NCBI GenBank assembly: GCA_044352465.1
Contig: JBILDU010000019.1
Coordinates: 1-36,327 of the forward strand
Direction of reading: 5' to 3'
DNA length: 36,327 nucleotides
Source: Bdellovibrionota bacterium
GTDB taxonomy: Bacteria; Bdellovibrionota_C; UBA2361
Both the position numbers and the translations under genes were made by a program. Shown piece by piece: positions 25,402 to 34,233 of this stretch; position 1 is the stretch's first letter, and every line of letters starts with the position of its first letter. The notes under the pieces were generated by a model. It worked only from the letters and a program-made list of their open reading frames with translations, was not told the DNA's origin and made no database searches.

Positions 25402-26484
25402 ATGGAAAAGGTCCGCGTACTCATCGTTGACGATGCGGTTTTAGCCCGTAAGGTCATCGCCGATAGCATCAGCAGCGATCCAGCGATCGAAGTGGTTGGA
25501 TTTGCGTCAAACGGGCGATTGGCGCTCCAGCGGGTCGCGGCGGCGAACCCCGACCTCGTCATCCTCGACCTTGAGATGCCCGAGATGAATGGACTTGAGA
25601 CGATCGCAGCGATGCGCGCGCAGTATCCGAACCTCCCCATCGTGATGTGTAGCGCCTACACCGACCACGGTGCGGAGCAGACGATTGAGGCGCTCGCCCG
25701 CGGAGCGAACGATTATGTCACGAAGCCCTCGAAATCGCGCGACCTCGAGGAATCGCGCGTGAAGCTGCGTGAGCAACTGGTGCCAAAAATTAAAGCGCTT
25801 TGTGGGGTCTCGGGAAGCCGCACACAGGCACCCAGCCGTGCCAAGGGCACAGGCGGAATCCCCTCCGTTGTCGTCAACGTGCTCGCGATCGGGTCATCAA
25901 CCGGGGGACCGAGCGCCTTGGCTGAGATCCTCCCCCGCCTCCGCGGTGATTTTCCGGTACCGATCTTCATCACCCAACATATGCCGAAACTCTTCACCGG
26001 TTTTCTCGCGGAGCGGCTCGGTGCACAAAGCGAAATCAAGGTCATCGAGGGTGCACCAGGGATGGAACCCCTACCCGGGTACGCCTATATCGCACCCGGC
26101 GGGTACCATATGATTGTGCGGCGGGAAAACGACCGCATCGTGCTCGATTTAAATGAAGAGGCTCAGGAGAACTCGTGCCGGCCATCGGTCGATGTCATGC
26201 TTCGCTCGGTAGTCGATGTCTACGGTGAACACATTTTGAGCCTTATCCTCACCGGGATGGGACAGGATGGTTTACGCGGCTGCGAGCTTGTTCGTCGACA
26301 GGGTGGAATCGTTGTCGCTCAGGACGAGGCTTCAAGCGTCGTCTGGGGGATGCCCGGAGCGGTCTCAGAGGCTGGACTAGCACATGCGATCTCCCCGCTC
26401 TCCGAGATCGCCCCTCTGATCGAGCGGCTCATCAAAGCGAATAAGATTTTACGTCGGGGTGAGCAACCCCGTGAGGAGCAATAA
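25402..26484 (+). CDS. cheB: Chemotaxis methylesterase CheB
   Basis: REC (IVDD, LDLEMP, KP) plus GSSTGGP, QHMP, RPSVD, TGMGQDG, VVWGMP. Confidence 0.96.
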   Translation: MEKVRVLIVDDAVLARKVIADSISSDPAIEVVGFASNGRLALQRVAAANPDLVILDLEMPEMNGLETIAAMRAQYPNLPIVMCSAYTDHGAEQTIEALARGANDYVTKPSKSRDLEESRVKLREQLVPKIKALCGVSGSRTQAPSRAKGTGGIPSVVVNVLAIGSSTGGPSALAEILPRLRGDFPVPIFITQHMPKLFTGFLAERLGAQSEIKVIEGAPGMEPLPGYAYIAPGGYHMIVRRENDRIVLDLNEEAQENSCRPSVDVMLRSVVDVYGEHILSLILTGMGQDGLRGCELVRRQGGIVVAQDEASSVVWGMPGAVSEAGLAHAISPLSEIAPLIERLIKANKILRRGEQPREEQ

Positions 26485-26487
26485 CGT

Positions 26488-27312
26488 ATGACGGTATCAC
26501 CAACTGAGTTTCTTTATATCAAGGAGCTCTTGAAGGAGGAGACCGCGATCGTTCTCGATCCCGGCAAGGAGTATCTTGTGGATACACGCCTCACCCCCCT
26601 CGTGCGTGCCGCTGGACTTGAATCGATATCCGCCCTCATCGCCGCGATTCAGATCGATACGAACGAACTGTTGAAGCGGAAAGTGGTTGAAGCACTGACC
26701 ACAAATGAAACGTCTTTTTTTCGGGACCTCGAGCCGTTTGAGGTGCTGCGGACTGTCGTGCTCCCCGAGCTGCTCGAGCGTCGCAAGACAACCAAGACAT
26801 TAAATATCTGGTGTGCCGCTTCTTCGACCGGGCAAGAGCCGTATTCGATCGCGATGCTGGTGCGGGAATGTATCCCCGCTTCGCTCGGCTTCACGGTGAA
26901 GATTTATGCAACTGATATCGCCACGAATGTTCTCGAGAAAGCGCGGGCCGGGAAATTTACTCAGCACGAGGTGAACCGCGGACTTCCAGCAACTTATCTC
27001 GTGAAGTACTTCACCAAGAAGAACAACGACTGGGTGCTCAAAGATGAGATTCGCAATATGGTGCAGTTTTCCGAGCTGAATCTCATTAAGCCCTTTAGCG
27101 GCATTCCGGTGATGGACGTCGTGTTTATTCGCAACGTGCTCATCTACTTCGATGTCGATACGAAGCGAGATATCTTGGCTCGAGTTCGCCGAGTGCTCCG
27201 ACCGGATGGCTTTCTGTTTCTCGGCTCAGCCGAGACAACGCTCAGTATCGACGATAACTTCACCCGTGCACCGTGTCAGCGCGGATCGTGCTTTTGTTTG
27301 GCTCAGAGGTAG
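26488..27312 (+). CDS. cheR: Chemotaxis methyltransferase CheR
   Basis: TTNETSFFRD, IWCAASSTGQEPYS, ATDI, RNVLIYFD, GSAET. Confidence 0.96.
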   Translation: MTVSPTEFLYIKELLKEETAIVLDPGKEYLVDTRLTPLVRAAGLESISALIAAIQIDTNELLKRKVVEALTTNETSFFRDLEPFEVLRTVVLPELLERRKTTKTLNIWCAASSTGQEPYSIAMLVRECIPASLGFTVKIYATDIATNVLEKARAGKFTQHEVNRGLPATYLVKYFTKKNNDWVLKDEIRNMVQFSELNLIKPFSGIPVMDVVFIRNVLIYFDVDTKRDILARVRRVLRPDGFLFLGSAETTLSIDDNFTRAPCQRGSCFCLAQR

Positions 27313-27319
27313 CCCAGCT

Positions 27320-27799
27320 GTGGAAACAGAAGCGATCGAGGCTAAGCTTGTAGCGGCGACAGAGAGCATCTGGTCGCTGACCTTAGAATGGCTCGATGGA
27401 CTGAGCCCTCAAGCGATCGGCTTTCTTCCCTACGCCGAGGTCTACGTGAGCACGGTGGAGATTACCGGGGCGTGGGAAGGACTCATTACCTTGGTGACAA
27501 CTGAGCGGCTGGCCCGCAAAATCGCCAAAAGGATCTACACCGATCCGAGCGAGGTGATTACCAAACCAATGGTTGAGGATGTTCTTGGGGAGCTGACCAA
27601 TATAACCGGCGGAGTCCTTAAGAACTCCATGCCCTCCGGTTCAAAGCTCGGCTTACCAAAGCTCCAACTGATGACGTATCGCCAATGGGAGCATCGCAAT
27701 ACTCCCCGCATTCTCGACCTTGGCTATCGGGTGGGTTACGAACCGTACCTGGTGAGCGTCTGCCGCTTGCCCAAAAGCCCGGTCGTAACAACGAACTGA
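27320..27799 (+). CDS. cheX: CheY-P phosphatase CheX
   Basis: VEITGAWEG, DVLGELTNITGG (ExxN), LGLP; GAGGT RBS before GTG 27320. Confidence 0.85.
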   Translation: METEAIEAKLVAATESIWSLTLEWLDGLSPQAIGFLPYAEVYVSTVEITGAWEGLITLVTTERLARKIAKRIYTDPSEVITKPMVEDVLGELTNITGGVLKNSMPSGSKLGLPKLQLMTYRQWEHRNTPRILDLGYRVGYEPYLVSVCRLPKSPVVTTN

Positions 27800-27922
27800 G
27801 CTCCCATATCTCTCAGAAGGAAAGCGTCCGCCCGTGAGGTGCACTCAACGCCACACGCCCCTCTGACCTTCCTTTGGCCTGAACTTCATCTTGCCACCCA
27901 CGCAGAGGGTCGATCGCAAACC

Positions 27923-27954
27923 AAAAAAAAGCCTCCGACGAGCGGAGGCTTTTT
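27923..27954. terminator. Bidirectional terminator between the che operon and rpsI
   Basis: A8-GCCTCCG-acgag-CGGAGGC-T5. Confidence 0.9.
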
Positions 27955-28019
27955 GATAGCGGGGCACTTTCTTGAGAGCAGCTGAATCGAGGCCAGCTGC
28001 CCGCCCCTCCCCAAAGCGA

Positions 28020-28412
28020 TTAACGCTTCGAGAATTGTGGTCGCCGACGAGCCTTATGACGGCCGTATTTCTTACGCTCGACCTCACGGGCATCACGGGT
28101 GAAAAAGCCCTCTTTCTTGAGCGGTGGACGATTTTCCGTATCAACGACGTTCAGTGCTCGGGCGATACCGAGACGAGCCGCACCAGCTTGGCCTGCGAGA
28201 CCACCACCGGCTACGTTGATCTTGATATCGAACTTGTCGGTCAAATTGAGCAGGACGAGGGGCTGGCAAAGCACCATCCTGAGGGTCTGACGGCCAAAAT
28301 ACTCCTCATGAGTCTTGCCGTTGACCGAGATCGTACCCGTCCCGGGCTTTAAGAAGACACGCGCGACGGACGACTTACGCCGGCCGATTGTGCTGATACC
28401 ACCACCTTTCAT
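28020..28412 (-). CDS. rpsI: 30S ribosomal protein uS9
   Basis: [38 protein letters not shown]. Confidence 0.99.
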   Translation of the reverse strand: MKGGGISTIGRRKSSVARVFLKPGTGTISVNGKTHEEYFGRQTLRMVLCQPLVLLNLTDKFDIKINVAGGGLAGQAGAARLGIARALNVVDTENRPPLKKEGFFTRDAREVERKKYGRHKARRRPQFSKR

Positions 28413-28460
28413 GAATCGGATTCCTCGTTACGTTTAGAATGAAAATTAAATACCAACAGA

Positions 28461-28901
28461 CTACTTCTTCAGCGCAACCGCCTCAGGCCGCTGGGCAGCG
28501 TGCGGGTGCTCGGTTCCAGGGTAAACCTTGAGCTTTTTGAGCATATCCCGACCGAGCGGGCCCTTCGGGAGCATCCCCTGCACCGCCATCTCGATAACCC
28601 GAGTCGGATCCTTCTGCATCATCTTCCCAGCGACAACCTGCTTATCGCCGCCGATGAAACCTGAGTAGAAATGGTACACTTTCTGGTCCGCTTTCCGGCC
28701 GGTGAAGCGGGCCTTCTCCGCGTTCAACACCACGACGAAGTCGCCGGTGTCAACGTGCCGGGTGTAGGTAACTTTGTGTTTCCCCCGCAACATCGCCGCA
28801 ACTTGCGACGCCACACGACCCACCGGCATATCGGCGGCATCAACGACGAGCCACTTGCGATCAGCGATAGCCGCTTCTTTGGACTGAGATAGAGTTGCCA
28901 T
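28461..28901 (-). CDS. rplM: 50S ribosomal protein uL13
   Basis: RKWLVVDA, LRGKHK, DTGDFVVV, GMLPK, HPHAAQRP. Confidence 0.99.
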   Translation of the reverse strand: MATLSQSKEAAIADRKWLVVDAADMPVGRVASQVAAMLRGKHKVTYTRHVDTGDFVVVLNAEKARFTGRKADQKVYHFYSGFIGGDKQVVAGKMMQKDPTRVIEMAVQGMLPKGPLGRDMLKKLKVYPGTEHPHAAQRPEAVALKK

Positions 28902-29002
28902 AACTTACAACGAAACTAATTACACATACGCTGAACGCGCCAACCGCCGAAGAGGACTCGACGCACAGCCGACGAACACAACGGAATACAAATAAGGGCG
29001 TA

Positions 29003-29030
29003 AAGGTACCATACCGGGCAAAAAGGTCAA
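29003..29030 (-). promoter_or_regulatory. Putative sigma70 promoter of rplM-rpsI
   Basis: TTGACC-N16-TACCTT with an extended TGn, about 100 nt upstream of rplM. Confidence 0.55.
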
Positions 29031-29149
29031 CCGAACCCACCCCTTAAATCCGCCGGCGGCAACCAAATCCCCTACAAACCCAAGTTCCTGATTTAATTGA
29101 ATAGCTTACTACTGGAGCCGCCCCCTAACCGACGCCCCCCTGCGTTGGG

Positions 29150-29641
29150 CTATCCCCGTGCCACCATCCGTTTTATCGAACCCTCAACGGCCGCGACCTC
29201 ACGTCGTACGGTCGCCATGACCCAATCGGTAAGCTCGACACAACGGGCGAGCCATCCATGACCGGCGATGTCCCGGGTTAGGTTAAGAGCAACCTCACCG
29301 ATTCCCCGCCAGAAAGTTTCGAGCCGTGCCCGCGCCGCCTCGCCGTCGCTCTCGGTTTTTCCCTCGATCTCTTCGAGCAGAGCGCTTAGCGCAGCTAGCC
29401 GACCCCAATGGTCAACTAATTTGAAGGTATCGGTTTGCGGAAGCTTCGACCCGCGTTCATTTTTGAGCCCCACCTTTAAAAATTCGAGGGTACCGAAGAG
29501 CGCTCCGAGCGCCGTGCGCCCTGGGCCAACTTGTCCCTGCCCCTCAAGGGTAAGCAACGCGGTGACGGAATGGCCGTTTGCAAGCGCAGTTGCAACCGCG
29601 CTCTCGACCTGTTGAATCGAAGGGTGTGGTGCCGTATTCAT
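29150..29641 (-). CDS. Hypothetical helical protein
   Basis: ORF fills the gap in a run of co-directional genes; no motif; start ATG 29641 or 29659. Confidence 0.55.
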   Translation of the reverse strand: MNTAPHPSIQQVESAVATALANGHSVTALLTLEGQGQVGPGRTALGALFGTLEFLKVGLKNERGSKLPQTDTFKLVDHWGRLAALSALLEEIEGKTESDGEAARARLETFWRGIGEVALNLTRDIAGHGWLARCVELTDWVMATVRREVAAVEGSIKRMVARG

Positions 29642-29742
29642 AAAATGGAGAATTAACACACCCCGCCGAACGGCTCAAGAAAAGGTGGCGGGGTGGCCGT
29701 ACACCGCCCCGTCAAGCGACTTCTTATGAACAAGCCGGAGCA

Positions 29743-30813
29743 CTAACGACCCACTTGGGACTCTCCGAAGAATATCGATCCATCGGGGGCGATAACCGTG
29801 CGCGGAACGTAGGTCTGAATCGCCCCCAACTCATCGGGGGAGCAGATCGGGGAGCGGGTTCCCCGGTCGAGGAGAAAGAGGTCGCGCCCATCTCCGCTAC
29901 GATAAATGCAGAGACTACCCCGCGACCACGCCGCTCTCTCCTCCACGATCCGAATATCGACCGGCACCTCGATCTTACGCGAGATGTTCACCCCCAAAAT
30001 ATCGTCGGGGAGAGAGAGGCTCCGACCGACCACAATACTCTCACCGTTTCGAAGCACGGCGTGGTCATGGACCTCATCCCAGCGCAGCCCCTGAGGGATG
30101 AACTTCACGACAGAGGTGTCATTTTTCGGTTTAATAACGATCGTTCCTCTGTCGGGGCGGGGTGACGCTGGAACTCCGCACGCCCCGCCGAGCTGGAGGG
30201 CGATGAGCTTTTCAGCCGGGTAGGCCACCGCCCCTGCCACACGACTCCACGACCCGTTACGAATATTCACCCCCAGCGGATGGATCGCGCGGAGGAATAA
30301 CATCGCTTCTTCGGCGAAACCCTTATTAAGCTCGACATCGACACCCGGGGACCCTTGGGGCGCTGGCAGGTTATGATTCCGCGCAACGAACCGCGCACCG
30401 TGAAGATGCTTGAGTATGTCGACCACTCCGCGCACCTGCTCAGAGAGCGCCGGAAACTGCGCTGCTCGGCGGTCTTCTTCGAGGAGAGCGCCGAGTTTCG
30501 CGCCACTTTTATCCTCGCGACAGAGGTGAACCGCCCCGATGAGGGCACGGTAATCGGAGTACCCGAGTTTTCGCACACCGTCGACCAATTCAACGACCAA
30601 GAGTGCGCGGGCCTTGATTGAATCGGGCTTGGTACTGATTACCTCGGTGAGCGCTTTCACGAGTTCGCTCGCAGCGTAGAGCGAGGCGCGACTACTCGCC
30701 GCTATCGCTCGGTGCAATGCCCCAAACTCCTCGACGGGTCGAGCCTCTTTTCCCTCAGGGGATCGCGTCCCCGCGACCTCGCGCGCTCCCTGTATCACTG
30801 ACGTTAGTCCCAT
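29743..30813 (-). CDS. Hypothetical protein with degenerate C-terminal FHA-like domain
   Basis: 356-aa ORF with GAGG RBS; LRNGESIVVGRS...WSRGSLCI...LFLLDRGTRSPI resembles the FHA GR/SR/D-GS motifs. Confidence 0.65.
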   Translation of the reverse strand: MGLTSVIQGAREVAGTRSPEGKEARPVEEFGALHRAIAASSRASLYAASELVKALTEVISTKPDSIKARALLVVELVDGVRKLGYSDYRALIGAVHLCREDKSGAKLGALLEEDRRAAQFPALSEQVRGVVDILKHLHGARFVARNHNLPAPQGSPGVDVELNKGFAEEAMLFLRAIHPLGVNIRNGSWSRVAGAVAYPAEKLIALQLGGACGVPASPRPDRGTIVIKPKNDTSVVKFIPQGLRWDEVHDHAVLRNGESIVVGRSLSLPDDILGVNISRKIEVPVDIRIVEERAAWSRGSLCIYRSGDGRDLFLLDRGTRSPICSPDELGAIQTYVPRTVIAPDGSIFFGESQVGR

Positions 30814-30891
30814 ATGCCTCGTTATGGCTCCTATCAGTATCCACGGTGCGCAAAGAGTTTCTCCGCTCCATCCCCGATATAAAACAATAGG

Positions 30892-31794
30892 TTACGGCGG
30901 TCCGCTGGACTGAGATGAAGGCGCCTCATTGGGCATCTCCGGAAAATCAAGTCGGGGATACCGTTCCACCTGCTGGAGAAGCTCCGCAGGGGTGTACATC
31001 AGCCGCTCGATCCCGTTCCACACCCCGACGAGCCCCACTTGGGGGCAGCTACTCCGCACCCAGTGGAGACGACCGCGATTATCGGAAGTAACCGGATCGA
31101 GCGAGGAGAACTCGATCACTTGGCAGTTGCGGATGTCTCCGCCGTCAGAGTTAAAAAAATCGATCTGCCGCTCGGTATTCATGTGCGCTATCTCAGCCCA
31201 AAGCGCCTCGATGTATTCGCCGTGAGAGATAACCAGGACCTTCTTACCGCTAAACTCCCGGGCGCACCGATCGAGGAGGGTTCTCGAACGGTGCCGAGTT
31301 GTCAGCAGGGTCTCGCCATCCGGCATTGGATTGTGCAGGGGATCACGTTTCCGATAGCTCATGATCTCCTCCCGCGTTGCTGCATCCGCAGCGGAGAATC
31401 GCCCCCAGTTTCGCTCCCCCACCAATGGGTCGATGCGGATCTCGATGTCGTGCCACCCTGCTCCTTGGCAGATAAGCCCCGCGGTCTCCTTTGCGCGGGT
31501 GTGATCGGAGACGTAGACGACATCGAATCCACCCGGATACTCGGCCCGCAACCACGGTCCGGTGGCAAACGCCTGCTCCCGCCCAGCGCGGGAGAGTCGG
31601 ATCTCTCGATCGGGAATCTTCTCGAACCCCTCCGGATACCCGGATATCACCCCACTCTTGATCGCGCGGTGGAGAAGATTCGCCTCGCTCTCGCCGTGAC
31701 GCACCATCACCAGCCGCGCCGGCATCACGACGAGCGGCAAACACAGCTCTGATGGGGTGCTTTGCGGTGGTGTCGTTGGGGTGTGTTCAAGCAT
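30892..31794 (-). CDS. Histidine phosphatase superfamily (phosphoglycerate mutase-like) protein
   Basis: VRHGESEAN, LSRAGREQA, SDHTRAKET, ERNWG, GET, ISHG. Confidence 0.9.
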   Translation of the reverse strand: MLEHTPTTPPQSTPSELCLPLVVMPARLVMVRHGESEANLLHRAIKSGVISGYPEGFEKIPDREIRLSRAGREQAFATGPWLRAEYPGGFDVVYVSDHTRAKETAGLICQGAGWHDIEIRIDPLVGERNWGRFSAADAATREEIMSYRKRDPLHNPMPDGETLLTTRHRSRTLLDRCAREFSGKKVLVISHGEYIEALWAEIAHMNTERQIDFFNSDGGDIRNCQVIEFSSLDPVTSDNRGRLHWVRSSCPQVGLVGVWNGIERLMYTPAELLQQVERYPRLDFPEMPNEAPSSQSSGPP

Positions 31795-32004
31795 ACCGCG
31801 ATGGACCTCTCTGACGTACTACCGCCGAGTGTAGCACGGACCATCCCCGTAACAGTCGGATTTTCTCGCCGCGGTATCCTCGAGAATAGGCGTTTTTCCG
31901 CCTACGGAGACGCTCGATTCGAGTCGCGAAAAACATGGTCGGACGCGCGGCCGTTTTTCAACTGTCCACTGGCAGAGATACGAATGGTTTGCCCGATTGA
32001 AAAC

Positions 32005-32334
32005 TCACTGCCTGCGAAAATGCTCGCGTGCTACGATCGGCTCCAGACCCTCGTGAGAATCCCCATCTCCACCCTGGGTTCGAATGTCGTCCGAGATATC
32101 CTCTGCCAGGCGTCGAGCTTCGGACGGCTCACGTAGCCGCTCCGTCCGGGGCTGTTTACTCGGGCGATTGCTGGTGACTGCTTGTTCAAGCGCGGAACGC
32201 AGCTTACTCCCGTCGGAGCGAGTCGCGACTGTTGTTGCTCCGGCCTGGGGCATAGGGGCACTCTCAGAGGAGCGACCGGGGGGACTGGAATCTTTACGGT
32301 GTCCAACGACACCACGCACAACTGTGACGGCCAT
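32005..32334 (-). CDS. Small hypothetical protein; C-terminal half resembles the flagellin C-terminal helix
   Basis: 109-aa ORF downstream of a sigma28-like promoter; RLREPSEARRLAEDISDDIRTQG. Confidence 0.55.
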   Translation of the reverse strand: MAVTVVRGVVGHRKDSSPPGRSSESAPMPQAGATTVATRSDGSKLRSALEQAVTSNRPSKQPRTERLREPSEARRLAEDISDDIRTQGGDGDSHEGLEPIVAREHFRRQ

Positions 32335-32373
32335 ACAGCACCATCGGGGTACAACAATAAGTGGACATTGGGA

Positions 32374-32401
32374 TGGTCGGCCGGCGACTGATTTTTCTTA
32401 A
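32374..32401 (-). promoter_or_regulatory. Putative sigma28-type promoter for the 109-aa ORF
   Basis: TTAAG-N15-GCCGACCA, 40 nt upstream of the ATG. Confidence 0.55.
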
Positions 32402-32578
32402 CGGACTTTTAGGCCGGCCGGGACGGAAGCCCCATTTTCGCCCCGGGGGCATCTCTCGGGAGGGCTATTGAACGCTCGTGCCCGGTTTTTCATGCAGATT
32501 ACAGCATCGGTAGGCCCCAGAACTTTCGGGTGTGGCTTCGGGCACCTTTGCTGCGTTGGGGACTTTTGTAACCGCCTG

Positions 32579-34069
32579 CTACCGAGCGCCCGCACCGAAG
32601 ATGACCGCAGGTATGGTTCTAACCAGGAGAACCACGTCTCGCCCCAACGACCAGTTGTCGATATAGTCGAGGTCGAGCTTCACCCACGCATCGAAGTCTT
32701 TTATCTCGTTACGACCACTGACCTGCCAGGTGCAGGTGATACCGGGACGCATCGAGAGACGGCGCCGGTCACGCCGCTCGTAGAGACTCACCTCCCCCGG
32801 AATCGGGGGGCGCGGCCCCACGAGGCTCATATCGCCGATGAAAACGTTCCAAAGCTGGGGGAGCTCGTCGAGGCTAAAACGACGCAAAAAAGCCCCGATC
32901 GGAGTGATCCGCGGGTCCTCTTTTAATTTAAAAACCGGACCATCCATCTCATTCCGCTCCCGGAGCTCAGCGAGCCTTTGCTCAGCATCGCGATACATCG
33001 AGCGAAACTTAAACATCACAAAGATTCGGCCATTGAGCCCGACCCGCCGCTGGCGGAAAAGCACCGGACCGGGGGTCGAGAGCCGCACCGCCAGCGCTAT
33101 CGCTCCAAACAGCGGGAGGAGCGCGACCAAAAGGGTTGCACTGACAACGACATCAAGTGCTCGCTTGACCACGAGTTCCCAACGGTCACCCGGCGGCGTT
33201 TGAAAATGGATCAGCGGCATTCCACCGAAATAGCTGAGCCCCGACTTCACCATGCCGAGGCTAAAGAGGTCCGCGGCGATCGTCGTGCGAACCCCCTGCT
33301 CTGAGCACACGAGCACCATCTCCTCCACCTCGGCCATTACCGCCGCGACGTCGGTGAAGATAACTTCATCAACTGCGTATTCCTTAAGGGCGCGCTCAAG
33401 TTCGGCGCCCCCTTGGATGATTCGACCGGAGCGCTGGATACCGCGCTCCCCGAGCCCCGCGCGAAGATCGCGGTGGCGCAGATCGGCGTCAACGGAGGCG
33501 CGCAGGTCGGCGAAACCACGAATCCGAATTCCGAGTTCCGGACGAGCAGCGATCTCCCCGGCCAGGCGAACCGCCTGTTCACCGACCCCACCGATGATGA
33601 TGTTGCGAAAGTTTTTACCCTGCCCCCGCCAAAATCGCAGGAGGCGGAGCACCGCTAGTCGCTCGGCCGTGAGGAGGACCCCGACGAGGGTGCAAAAGAT
33701 GGCGATAAAGCTCCGACTGAGATCGAGCTTCAGCAGAAAGAGAGTCGCCGCGAGGAGGATAAAAACAATGGCCGAGCTGACGAGCGATATACGCAGTAAC
33801 CGCAGCGGCGAGCTCAACCGCATCGAGCCATAGGCACCAAAAAAACTTAAGGTGGCGGCATAGCCGAGGAGCGCGATGAAGAGCACCGTAAAGTAGTCTT
33901 TGAGGGGGGCCAAGCCATCTGGGGTGAAAGGGACACTCAGACCAAGAATATCGTTCCAAAAGACGAGCGAGTCGCGCCCGTGGTAGGCCAGGAAAAAAGA
34001 CACCACGATGATGATAAAATCACCAAGACGCTCCAGCCGAGCGATCAGGCGCCAGTTCTCTTTGAGCAT
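32579..34069 (-). CDS. Priming polyprenyl-phosphate glycosylphosphotransferase (WcaJ/CpsE-type sugar transferase)
   Basis: 4 N-terminal TMs, Rossmann-like linker, KRALD, FRQRRVG, KFRSM, DPRIT, LDELPQL, GDMSLVGPRP, PGITCTWQV. Confidence 0.95.
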   Translation of the reverse strand: MLKENWRLIARLERLGDFIIIVVSFFLAYHGRDSLVFWNDILGLSVPFTPDGLAPLKDYFTVLFIALLGYAATLSFFGAYGSMRLSSPLRLLRISLVSSAIVFILLAATLFLLKLDLSRSFIAIFCTLVGVLLTAERLAVLRLLRFWRGQGKNFRNIIIGGVGEQAVRLAGEIAARPELGIRIRGFADLRASVDADLRHRDLRAGLGERGIQRSGRIIQGGAELERALKEYAVDEVIFTDVAAVMAEVEEMVLVCSEQGVRTTIAADLFSLGMVKSGLSYFGGMPLIHFQTPPGDRWELVVKRALDVVVSATLLVALLPLFGAIALAVRLSTPGPVLFRQRRVGLNGRIFVMFKFRSMYRDAEQRLAELRERNEMDGPVFKLKEDPRITPIGAFLRRFSLDELPQLWNVFIGDMSLVGPRPPIPGEVSLYERRDRRRLSMRPGITCTWQVSGRNEIKDFDAWVKLDLDYIDNWSLGRDVVLLVRTIPAVIFGAGAR

Positions 34070-34097
34070 CGGGACTTCCTTGCGCTAACGGATGGAA

Positions 34098-34126
34098 AGT
34101 ATAGCAGGAAGTAGTCCCCATGTCAG
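34098..34126 (-). promoter_or_regulatory. Putative sigma70 promoter of the sugar transferase
   Basis: CTGACA-N17-TATACT with an extended TGn. Confidence 0.65.
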
Positions 34127-34233
34127 TGACCGCTCAGTCCTCGGTCGAAGAAGAAGGAGAATCAAATCAAGAACATAAACTTTCATTAGTTTATTGCAGC
34201 TCTGGGGCCACTCAGCTCATCAAATTGAGAGAG

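Noticed and set aside
21653..32552. 13-bp identity GGGCACCTTTGCT at 21653-21665 and 32540-32552, both near sigma28-like promoters
   Set aside because: One 13-mer match among several kb of intergenic DNA is plausible by chance, and its position and orientation relative to the promoters differ
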